A DNA stretch of 60,966 nucleotides from Candidatus Limnocylindrales bacterium (GTDB taxonomy: Bacteria > Chloroflexota > Limnocylindria > Limnocylindrales > CSP1-4): contig DASSMI010000046.1 in assembly GCA_035688935.1 (NCBI GenBank), positions 1 through 60,966 on the forward strand. The letters are read 5' to 3'. Numbering within the stretch: the stretch's first letter is position 1; every line of letters begins with the position of its first letter. This document shows, piece after piece, positions 27,990 through 35,674 of the stretch. Position numbers and translations under genes: made by a program. A model generated the notes under the pieces. The model did not search any database. It had not been told where the DNA came from and worked only from the letters and a program-made list of their open reading frames with translations.

Positions 27990-28024
27990 CGGACCGAATT
28001 CATCTCGTCAGGATCTGACGCGCA

Positions 28025-28058
28025 AGGGCCCCTCATCGGTCAGGATGAGGGGCCCTTT
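28025..28058. terminator. strong hairpin terminator between convergent genes
   Basis: Perfect 13-bp stem AAGGGCCCCTCAT / ATGAGGGGCCCTT with an 8-nt loop, followed by TCGTTCTCTC. Confidence 0.7.
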
Positions 28059-28099
28059 CGTTCTCTCGAGCCGGTCACGCGTTCGCGGCGGCCGGATCG

Positions 28100-28540
28100 C
28101 TACGGGCGACCGGGGTCCGCGGGCTTCCCGGGATCGGCCGGCGCACCGGCGCCGTCCGGTTTGCCAGCGCCGTCCGGTCTGCCGCCGTCCGCGGGTCGGT
28201 GGTCGGCCGCGGTCGCCTGCCCGTGGTTGTCCCTCGCGACCGCCGAGACGTCCGCGCCGCGGTTCGTGTCGGGCGTCGGGTCGTCGCCGGTCGCGACCGC
28301 GGAGACGGCGGCGCCGTGATTGTCGGCGGTCGGCGCGTCGGCCGGGGCGGCGTCGGGGGCGGCGTCAGGGACGTGATCCGTGTCCCGGGCATCGGGCACG
28401 ACCGGAACGGTCCCGCCGGCGTGATCCGCGGCGACCCCGAGGCCGGTGGATGCCGCCGCGGGGACCGATGCTGCGCCGGCCACACCGGTCGTGGCCGCGA
28501 GAACGAGAAGGGCCAGGGGCGCGTTGCGAAGTCGCTGCAT
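28100..28540 (-). CDS. secreted low-complexity Asp/Ala/Pro/Gly-rich protein with NHG-xx-VSAVA repeats
   Basis: Signal peptide MQRLRNAPLALLVLAATTGVAGAAS. Repeats DNHGAAVSAVA and RGADVSAVARDNHG. PDGAGKPDGAGAP tail. Confidence 0.55.
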   Translation of the reverse strand: MQRLRNAPLALLVLAATTGVAGAASVPAAASTGLGVAADHAGGTVPVVPDARDTDHVPDAAPDAAPADAPTADNHGAAVSAVATGDDPTPDTNRGADVSAVARDNHGQATAADHRPADGGRPDGAGKPDGAGAPADPGKPADPGRP

Positions 28541-28648
28541 AGTCGCCTCGCTAGATCCCCGGCGGTGCCGTCAACGGTAGCAACGATCGCCGGATCGGTT
28601 CATTAGCGTGCGCGCGGCGCCGCATGTGGACGGCGCGCCAGCCGGCGC

Positions 28649-28876
28649 TCAGGCGCGGATCTTGCGCCTCGCCATCTCGCCCTCGATCTGGCGCTCCGCT
28701 TCGACATAGCGGTCGATCTGCTCGCGGATCTGGTTCGCCTCGGGCGTGTAGAGATGGACCTGCTGCTGGAGGATGTACGACAGGCGGCGGCTCGTCATCC
28801 GGACGTGGTCGAGGTTCTTCATGAGGACGAGCGGATCCATCGCGGCGAGATCCGACGGGTGGTACATCTCGTTCAT
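28649..28876 (-). CDS. 75-aa hypothetical helical protein
   Basis: Visibly lower GC than its surroundings. Non-shadow composition (many K/E/Q/I/Y/M). Same strand as, and downstream of, the methyltransferase and membrane-protein genes. Confidence 0.55.
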   Translation of the reverse strand: MNEMYHPSDLAAMDPLVLMKNLDHVRMTSRRLSYILQQQVHLYTPEANQIREQIDRYVEAERQIEGEMARRKIRA

Positions 28877-28922
28877 GGCCGCATTCTAGGGTGGCACGGC
28901 CGCTCGGCGGACGGCCGTCCGT

Positions 28923-29291
28923 TCAGCGGCGGAAGCCGGGACGTCGCGGTGCCGGGACGAGGAGCGAGGCTGCCAGCCCAGCCGCCGCCAGGATCGCCAT
29001 CGTCCCGATCATCCACCGAGCGAGCCCGGCGACGCCGAGCGAGAGCTCCACGAGTGCGAGCAGGAACGCGACGCCGTCGGCGGCACGGAGGAACGACGCG
29101 CCGCGGCCCATCTGCCAATCGAGCAGCCCGAACGCCACGATTCCCGACATCGGCAGGACGATGAAGAACGACACCGGGAAGCCGCCAACCAGGCTGATCC
29201 CGCGATCGCCATCTTCGAGCGGGTGCGCGAACAGGCCGATGATCGCGAGGATCGCCACCAGCGACGCGAGGAGCAGGTGGGTCGTGGCCAT
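28923..29291 (-). CDS. 122-aa integral membrane protein (about 4 TM)
   Basis: The real gene is the C-terminal part of track ORF 28923..29753. Start ATG 29291-29289 was verified. Hydrophobic helices LLLASLVAILAIIGLF, FPVSFFIVLPMSGIVAFGLL, GVAFLLALVELSLGVAGL and MAILAAAGLAASLLV. Confidence 0.55.
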   Translation of the reverse strand: MATTHLLLASLVAILAIIGLFAHPLEDGDRGISLVGGFPVSFFIVLPMSGIVAFGLLDWQMGRGASFLRAADGVAFLLALVELSLGVAGLARWMIGTMAILAAAGLAASLLVPAPRRPGFRR

Positions 29292-29314
29292 GACGGACCG
29301 CCCGGCGTCCACCG

Positions 29315-30760
29315 TCAGAGCGCGCGCATCCCGCGCGGAGGCCAGTCCCAGTCGATCGGCGTCGTGGCGGCGGCGATCGCCCGGCGGCGGCCCGCCTCGG
29401 TCGCTCCGAGGACCAGGATCCGATCCGTCTTCGTCGCTCGGCCGGCCTCGGCGCCCCAGAGCTTCGTCATCTTCCGACCCGCCGCGACCTCGTCCCGCGC
29501 GACTCCGGCGAGTCGGTAGCCCTCGGGCTCGGCTGCCCGTTCCCAGACCTGCTCGGCCAGCCCGACCGCGCCGCGCAACGGCCGTCCGCGGTCGGTCTCC
29601 ACGTCGCCGATGACCAGGACGATCACGGCGTCGTCGGTGAGGACCGTCCGGAGGTCGGCCAGGACCTCGCGGAGGAACACGAGATACGGCTCGCGGTGGT
29701 GCGCATCGTCTAGCGTCCGGTCGATCGCTCCGGCATCCTCGCCGAGAAACCACGTCCGGAGCCAGTTGTAGTAGCCGTACTTCACGACCCGGAGGTAGGG
29801 CGGCGACGTCACGACGAGCCGCGCGCGGTCGGGGAGGCCTCGTGCCGCGAGCGTCGCTCGGGCCCGGCCGCCGGCGTCGCGGGCGTCGCCGAGGAGCGCG
29901 ACGCCGGGCGTGCGCGACAGCGGCTCGCGGTGGAGCCGCGCCACCTTCTTCTCGAGCCCCGCGAACACGTCCCGCTCGGGTGACGCGAATGCGGTCCGCG
30001 CGGCGAAGTCACGGACGTACCGGGGCGCCATGCTGAACGTGTTCGGCATCAGCTCGGACAGGTACGACGCGCTCTTCCCGTGGAGGATGCCCGTCAGCGC
30101 GGCGGCCAGGAATCGGTCGACCCGATCGGCGAGATCGAGCGCCGTCCGGACGTGGAGGAGCTGCGCGAGCGTCCGTTCGTGGAAGGCGAGGACGACCTCG
30201 CGCGGGACGGTCTCCAGGCGGCCGTCGGGACGGCGGCTGCCCGCGGCCGGCACGCGCGCGTCGCTCGCGCTCGAGGTCTCGGACGACGCGACGACCTCGC
30301 GGGCAAGGTCCAGCCACGCCGTCGCGGACGCGGCCCAGGTGAGGCGGAGCGCGGCCAGACGGGTGGCGGCCTCGGCGGGCGTGGCCGGCTCGACCTTCGC
30401 CGCGGTCAGGAGGTGCGCGAGCGGGTTCAGGTCGTTGCCGACGCCGATCCGGCCCTCGGCGCATGCCTGGAGCGGCGTCGTCCCGCGCCCGGAGAACGGG
30501 TCGATGATGACGTCGCCGCGCCGCGAGTACCGGCCGATGAACGCGTGCGCGAGCGCCGCCGGGAAGCTCGCCAGGTAGGAGCACATCGGGTGGAGGGCCG
30601 GACCCCACAGGCGCGGCTGATCCTTCCACTCGGGCGCGATCGGGAGCGCGGGGACGAGTGGAGCCTCGAGATCGAGGGCGAGCTGGGTCGCCGGACGGGT
30701 CGTGGGCTCGATCGTCATGTCGGGCGGGCGATCCTCGAGGCTGGAGGGGTCGCGGAGCAT
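29315..30760 (-). CDS. N4/N6 DNA methyltransferase family protein (SPPY type), no adjacent restriction enzyme
   Basis: AdoMet motif I VIIDPFSGRGTT near the N-terminus. Catalytic motif IV VVTSPPY about 250 aa later (order I then IV). Confidence 0.75.
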   Translation of the reverse strand: MLRDPSSLEDRPPDMTIEPTTRPATQLALDLEAPLVPALPIAPEWKDQPRLWGPALHPMCSYLASFPAALAHAFIGRYSRRGDVIIDPFSGRGTTPLQACAEGRIGVGNDLNPLAHLLTAAKVEPATPAEAATRLAALRLTWAASATAWLDLAREVVASSETSSASDARVPAAGSRRPDGRLETVPREVVLAFHERTLAQLLHVRTALDLADRVDRFLAAALTGILHGKSASYLSELMPNTFSMAPRYVRDFAARTAFASPERDVFAGLEKKVARLHREPLSRTPGVALLGDARDAGGRARATLAARGLPDRARLVVTSPPYLRVVKYGYYNWLRTWFLGEDAGAIDRTLDDAHHREPYLVFLREVLADLRTVLTDDAVIVLVIGDVETDRGRPLRGAVGLAEQVWERAAEPEGYRLAGVARDEVAAGRKMTKLWGAEAGRATKTDRILVLGATEAGRRRAIAAATTPIDWDWPPRGMRAL

Positions 30761-30803
30761 ACCAGACGGATTCCGCGCCTCCGAGCGCTCGCCGGCGATC
30801 GTG

Positions 30804-32897
30804 CTACGCGGTGACGACGCGATCCCGGCCCGAGCGCTTCGCCAGGACGAGGCCCACGTCGGCGCGGGCGATCATGTCGGCGAACCGGTCCTCGTCCGCG
30901 CCCATCGCCGCGCAGCCGGCGGAGACCGTCGCCGAGATCACGGTCCCGTCCGGCCCCTCGACCGAGCGCTCGCGGAAGCGCTCGCGGATCTCCTCGGCGA
31001 CCGCATGGACCTCCTCGAGGGTCGCGCCGTCGAGGATCGCGAGGAACTCCTCGCCGCCGTACCGAGCGACCAGATCGGCCGTCCGGAAGCGACCCATGAC
31101 GACCTCGGCGAACGACCGCAGGATCGCGTCGCCGACCTGGTGGCCGTACTGCTTGTTCACGGCCCCGAAGTGGTCGAGATCGAAGATCGCCACGGCGACC
31201 TTCTCGCGACGCTCGACCGGCCGGCGGGCGCGTGCGGCCTCGAGGCGCGCGAGCGCCGCATCGAGGTGGCGCCGGTTGAACAGTCCGGTCAGGGCGTCGC
31301 GCACGGACAGCTCGGTGACCTCGGCATGGAGGAACGTGTTCGTGATCGCGAGCGCGATCAGGCCGCCAACGACGGGCAGCGCTTCGAGCTCATCGGGGCC
31401 GAACGGGCGCCCGACGTCATTGCGGAGGATCGTCACCGCCCCGACGACGACGTCGTCCCGGACGAGGGGCGCGGCGACGCCGGCCATCGTCGGCAGCTCG
31501 TCGCCGCTGGCCGCGAGCGTGGCGTTCGTGGCCGGATCGAACCGCCCGTCGACGACCGGCACGCGGTCGCGGATCGCCCGGCCGGCAAGGCCCTCACCGA
31601 CGCCGATCGGCAACCCGAGGAACCGCTCGTCGGCTCCGGCGACGGCCCGGACGGAGTACGTGCCGGTGCCTCGGTCGAGGATCGTGAGCGCGACCGAGTC
31701 GGCGGCGAAGACGTCGAGCAGCTCGTCGGCGATCGCCTGGTGGACGCGGACCGGATCGAGCGTCGCGTTGACCGCGGTCGCGAACGCGGTCAGCCGCCGG
31801 AAGCGCTCGGCGCGGGCGGCGAGGCGCTCGCGTTCGCGGGCGAGGGCGAGCGCGCTCGCCATGCGCTCGGCCACGAGGCTCATCGTCTCGACGTCGCTCC
31901 GGTCGAGCTGGGCGGACTCGCGGGCCTCGACGTTCATCACGCCGAGGAGCTCGCCGTCGGCGAGCATCGGCGCGCTGACCTCGGAGCGGACGATCCCGGA
32001 CGCGGCTCGGTAGTCCGCGTCGGCCGCGACGTCCGGGACGAACGCGATCTGGCGCGATCGCATCACGCGGCCGATCACGCCGCTCGTGCCGTCGAACTCG
32101 TCGATGACGCTGTCGTAGCCCCGCTGGGCGGCGAGGCGCACCGACGACGATGAGCCGAGGTAGATCGACACGAAGTCGTAGCCGAGGTCCTCGCGGAGCA
32201 GCGACACGATCCGCTCGAGCGTCTCGGGCGCGGGACCGGTGGCGGCGAGCAGCCGGCCGACGCTCTCGACCGCCGCCACCTGGCGACCCCGCCGGCGGTC
32301 GCGCGCCAGCGAGGCGTGGAGACGGCCGACGGTGACCTTCAGGGCCGAGATCGAGCGGCGCGTGCCGATCGAGAGCAGGACGGCGGTGCCTCCCAGGGCG
32401 ACGGCGCGCTGGGCGTCGATCGTCCAGTTCTCCGACGACGCCGTCAGGACGGGGAGAAGGTAGAGCGCGATCGCGGCCGTACCGACGAGGATCGCCTGGC
32501 GCGCGCCCTCGGCGGCGGCGAGGGCGACGATCGGAATGAACAGCGCCGCCGTGGGCCGGAAGTCGCCGGTCCGAAGGAGCCCCGTCGCGACCGCGACGTA
32601 CAGGATCGCGAGGGCGAACCGGGCGATGCCGATCATCGTCCGCTGCGATGCGGACGGCCGAAGATGCGGTGCCGCGAGGGCGGCGATCGCCTGGGCGGCG
32701 AGGAACTCGAGGCTGACGGCGACCAGCCGCCAGACGTCGGTCTGCTCGCCGACCGCTGCGATCGCGAGGGCCGTGACGACGAGGCCGCACGCGAGGAGCG
32801 CCTGCGCATCGTTGGCGAGCCGGCGGATCGTCCGGTGGGCCGGCCACGACCGTCGTCGGGAACGCGCAGCGGGCAGCGGCAACCGAAGGGTCGTCAT
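30804..32897 (-). CDS. membrane-bound diguanylate cyclase (multi-TM, GAF, GAF, GGDEF)
   Basis: GGEEF active site (ARYGGEEF) with an RxxD I-site (RTAD) five residues upstream. Two GAF-like regions. About six N-terminal TM helices. Confidence 0.85.
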   Translation of the reverse strand: MTTLRLPLPAARSRRRSWPAHRTIRRLANDAQALLACGLVVTALAIAAVGEQTDVWRLVAVSLEFLAAQAIAALAAPHLRPSASQRTMIGIARFALAILYVAVATGLLRTGDFRPTAALFIPIVALAAAEGARQAILVGTAAIALYLLPVLTASSENWTIDAQRAVALGGTAVLLSIGTRRSISALKVTVGRLHASLARDRRRGRQVAAVESVGRLLAATGPAPETLERIVSLLREDLGYDFVSIYLGSSSSVRLAAQRGYDSVIDEFDGTSGVIGRVMRSRQIAFVPDVAADADYRAASGIVRSEVSAPMLADGELLGVMNVEARESAQLDRSDVETMSLVAERMASALALARERERLAARAERFRRLTAFATAVNATLDPVRVHQAIADELLDVFAADSVALTILDRGTGTYSVRAVAGADERFLGLPIGVGEGLAGRAIRDRVPVVDGRFDPATNATLAASGDELPTMAGVAAPLVRDDVVVGAVTILRNDVGRPFGPDELEALPVVGGLIALAITNTFLHAEVTELSVRDALTGLFNRRHLDAALARLEAARARRPVERREKVAVAIFDLDHFGAVNKQYGHQVGDAILRSFAEVVMGRFRTADLVARYGGEEFLAILDGATLEEVHAVAEEIRERFRERSVEGPDGTVISATVSAGCAAMGADEDRFADMIARADVGLVLAKRSGRDRVVTA

Positions 32898-33012
32898 CGT
32901 CTCGAAACCCTAGCGGTGCGCGGCTGCCCCGCCTCCGGGACGGAGGTCCCGCCGAACGGTGGTCCGTTTTGTTCAGGCCGACCGATCGTCGCGCTCGCGA
33001 CGCCTGGCTCCA

Positions 33013-33088
33013 TGGCGTCCCCGGCAGGATTCGAACCTGCGACCTGCGGTTTAGAAAACCGTCGCTCTATCCGCTGAGCTACGGGGAC
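33013..33088 (-). tRNA. tRNA-Arg (anticodon UCU), CCA encoded
   Basis: The reverse complement folds as GTCCCCG-TA-GCTC-AGCGGATA-GAGC-G-ACGGT-TTTCTAA-ACCGC-AGGTC-GCAGG-TTCGAAT-CCTGC-CGGGGAC-G-CCA. Confidence 0.9.
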
Positions 33089-33152
33089 TCAGGGATGCCA
33101 GTGTAGGGGCTCGCATTGGGACGACCGCTTTGCCGCGGCCCCGGGCGGTAGG

Positions 33153-33446
33153 TCAGCCGAGGTCAGCGCCTTCCATCTCGAGCTCGTCCGGATCGTCCAT
33201 CGCCTCGTCCGCGTAGCACCACCGCCAGGACTCGCCCGGTTGGATCGTCATCGCGACCGGGTGCCCGCTGTCGCGGAAGTGCGCCGAGGCGTGCTTGTTC
33301 TTCGACATGTCGCAGCAGCCGACGGCCCCGCACGACAGGCACGCCCGGAGATGGACCCAGTCGTCGCCGAGCGCGACGCACTGGTCACAGACGTCCGACG
33401 CCGGCGGGACGGCGCGCGATTCCCAGAGATGCGGACAGGTGCTCAT
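33153..33446 (-). CDS. UBP-type zinc-finger domain protein
   Basis: CDQC...WVHLRACLSCGAVGCCDMSKNKHASAHF...GHP matches the zf-UBP Cys/His pattern. Confidence 0.75.
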   Translation of the reverse strand: MSTCPHLWESRAVPPASDVCDQCVALGDDWVHLRACLSCGAVGCCDMSKNKHASAHFRDSGHPVAMTIQPGESWRWCYADEAMDDPDELEMEGADLG

Positions 33447-33468
33447 CGGCGGCAGCGTACTGCCGGGA

Positions 33469-34950
33469 TCAGCCGTCCGCTGTGACGAGCATGACGTCGA
33501 TCGTGTCGATCGTTCGCGGCTCGGTCAGCTCGATGTCGACGGTCCGCAGGACATTCGACGAGGGCGTTCCGCATCCCGTCAGCCGCAGCTCCCAGTGCGT
33601 CGCAGAGGAATCGATCGCGAGGATCGGCGCGTTGTCGCAGGCCGGCGCGATCCACGACAGCCGGATCTTCGTGGGGCTTGCCTGCCCGAGGGCGTACGCG
33701 GCGGGTGCGGGATCCTGCGGATGGTTGAACGTCGCGTCCTCGGGGTGCGCGACGATGCCGGAGCCATCGAACAGCGCCAGATCGTACCGATGGTCGTCCG
33801 CGTCGATGCCCGTCATCGTCCACGTCGGGAGGCCCGATCCGATCGCGCCCTCCTGGAGCGACGTGTCGATCGCGTCGGCGTCGACGGTCTGATCGAACAC
33901 GAGCTCGATCGCGAAGGCGGACGCGATGGAATCACCCGAGCAGTGGGGCTTGTCGAGCGCGAGCCCGAAATCCGCCGCGATCGTGAGCCGGTAGATCGAG
34001 TCGCACGGCTCGCCGAACCACTCGAGGCGGATCCGCCGGTCGTCCACGTTCGTCGCGGTCAGCGGCTCGCGCGTGCCAGGCTCGTCGGAGACGGTCGCGC
34101 TCGCGAAGTGGCCGGACTGATCCGCGATCTCGAGGATCGTCCGGTCGCCGGGCGTCTCGCGCAGGATGATCGTCGCGTCGGCGGGCGGCGCCGAAGGGGA
34201 CGCCTCGCCCGGGCCGCCCGTGGGAGCGGCGCTGGCCTGATCGAGGGCCACGATCCCTCGCCACGCCGAGACGTCGACCTGGCTCGCGAAAGCGAGGCGC
34301 AGGACGCGATCCAGCGGGAACGTGTCCCCGCTGCACGGCTGTCGGGTGATCGTGATCACCTTGGCTCCTTCGTCGACGAACGCCGCGCCGGTCGCCTCAC
34401 AGCCGAGGCCCATCCACGTGACGATCAGGGCGGCGTCATCCGCCGGGTCTCCCTCGATCCGGACCTCGGTCTCGCCGACGCTGGCGCCGTCCCCGGGCTG
34501 GAGCGATGTCGCGTCGACCAGGAAGCCGCTCGTGTCGCGGACGTCGACGGTCAGCGGGTCGCCCGCCGCGACGAGCATCCGAACCGACCGCGAGAACACG
34601 GCACTGGCGCTCGCGGACGGCGACGCGCTCGCCGTCGACGAGGCGCTCGCCGTCGGCGACGTCGATGGCGCCGGGGGCGCGTCCTCGTTGCGTCGCCCGC
34701 CGCCGAGCAGGGCCAGGCCAAGGGCCACGAGCACGAGGCCGGCCGCTCCGAGCACCAGGCCCGGTCGGAGGCCACCGATCCGGACCGGGCGGGCCATCAC
34801 GTCGCGCCGGAGACTCGCGAACGGGTCCCACCGGCGAGGCGTTGCCCGGGCATGAGCCAGGGCGGCGATCACGGGAGGCTCCGGCGCGATCGTCGGCCCG
34901 TCCCGAAGGAACGCATCGAGGGCGCGGTCGAAGTCGTCGAGGTTCGTCAT
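33469..34950 (-). CDS. single-pass membrane protein (putative anti-sigma factor) with three tandem ~110-aa Cys-pair repeats
   Basis: 4-nt ATGA overlap with the upstream ECF sigma gene. Short cytoplasmic N-domain, one TM helix (LVLGAAGLVLVALGLALLGG) and an Ala/Ser/Pro linker. Then three repeats, each with D-x-SG ... W-x-G/A-x-x-C ... C-(S/G)-G-(D/T). Confidence 0.65.
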   Translation of the reverse strand: MTNLDDFDRALDAFLRDGPTIAPEPPVIAALAHARATPRRWDPFASLRRDVMARPVRIGGLRPGLVLGAAGLVLVALGLALLGGGRRNEDAPPAPSTSPTASASSTASASPSASASAVFSRSVRMLVAAGDPLTVDVRDTSGFLVDATSLQPGDGASVGETEVRIEGDPADDAALIVTWMGLGCEATGAAFVDEGAKVITITRQPCSGDTFPLDRVLRLAFASQVDVSAWRGIVALDQASAAPTGGPGEASPSAPPADATIILRETPGDRTILEIADQSGHFASATVSDEPGTREPLTATNVDDRRIRLEWFGEPCDSIYRLTIAADFGLALDKPHCSGDSIASAFAIELVFDQTVDADAIDTSLQEGAIGSGLPTWTMTGIDADDHRYDLALFDGSGIVAHPEDATFNHPQDPAPAAYALGQASPTKIRLSWIAPACDNAPILAIDSSATHWELRLTGCGTPSSNVLRTVDIELTEPRTIDTIDVMLVTADG

Positions 34951-35507
34951 GCGATGGACTCCCGACCGTTCCCCGTCCGGGAATCGGCTTCGATGGCGGC
35001 GCGAAGCGCACGGGCGGCATAGTGGAGACGCGAGCCGGCGGTCCCGATCGGGACGCCGATCACGTCGGCGATCTCGGCCTGGCTGAGACCCGCGTAGTGT
35101 TGGAGCACGAGGACCGCCCGCTGCTCGGGGGTGATCCGACGGAAGCCGCGCTCGAGCGCGTCGCGGTCGGCGACAGCCCGGATCTCGTCCGGTCCACGCG
35201 ATGGCTCTGCCTCGTCGGGGAGGAGCGAGGCGGTGCCGCTGCCGCGGCCGGCTCGACGGGCCTCCGTCATCGCGGCCCGGACGATCAGGCGGTACGTCCA
35301 GGCGTCGAAGCGGTCCGGATCGCGCAGCCGGGGCAGCTCGTTCCAGATCGTGATCAGGGCACCCTGGAGGGCATCCTCGGCGAGGTGCTGATCACGCAGG
35401 ATCCGATACGCGATCCCGTACAGGCGGTTGGAGGCGAACCGGACGAGGGCGTCGAACGCCTCGTGGTCGCCACCCGCCGCTCGCCGGACGAGCTCTCGTT
35501 GATCCAC
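34947..35507 (-). CDS. ECF-type RNA polymerase sigma factor
   Basis: Region 2 (AFDALVRFASNRLYGIAYRILRDQHLAEDALQGALITIW) and region 4 (LVLQHYAGLSQAEIADVIGVPIGTAGSRLHYA). I moved the start to GTG 35507, 5 nt after GAGGA. The track start at 35579 is a TTG. Confidence 0.8.
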   Translation of the reverse strand: MDQRELVRRAAGGDHEAFDALVRFASNRLYGIAYRILRDQHLAEDALQGALITIWNELPRLRDPDRFDAWTYRLIVRAAMTEARRAGRGSGTASLLPDEAEPSRGPDEIRAVADRDALERGFRRITPEQRAVLVLQHYAGLSQAEIADVIGVPIGTAGSRLHYAARALRAAIEADSRTGNGRESIA

Positions 35508-35674
35508 GCCGATCCTCGGTTGCTGCCGGAACCTCCGGCCGTCAGGAAGGATGAGGCGATCCCGGCGCGCCGTCTTCAATCTTCGTCACGCTGACCGCGG
35601 AACGGGCACCGGGTCCACGCAACGCGGTGGTCGCCCGGCTTCGCTAGGCTGGCAGTCCGGCCCCGCGGCCGGCG

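Noticed and set aside
28923-32897. Restriction-modification, BREX or DISARM-type system around the methyltransferase
   Set aside because: No endonuclease, helicase, PglZ/alkaline-phosphatase, ATPase or specificity subunit is recognisable in the neighbouring ORFs on either strand.
24523-33088. Genomic island bounded by tRNA-Glu and tRNA-Arg
   Set aside because: There is no integrase, recombinase or transposase. I could not find a direct repeat of either tRNA 3' end. Apart from the 75-aa ORF, GC looks like the rest of the window. I kept only the methyltransferase unit as a finding.
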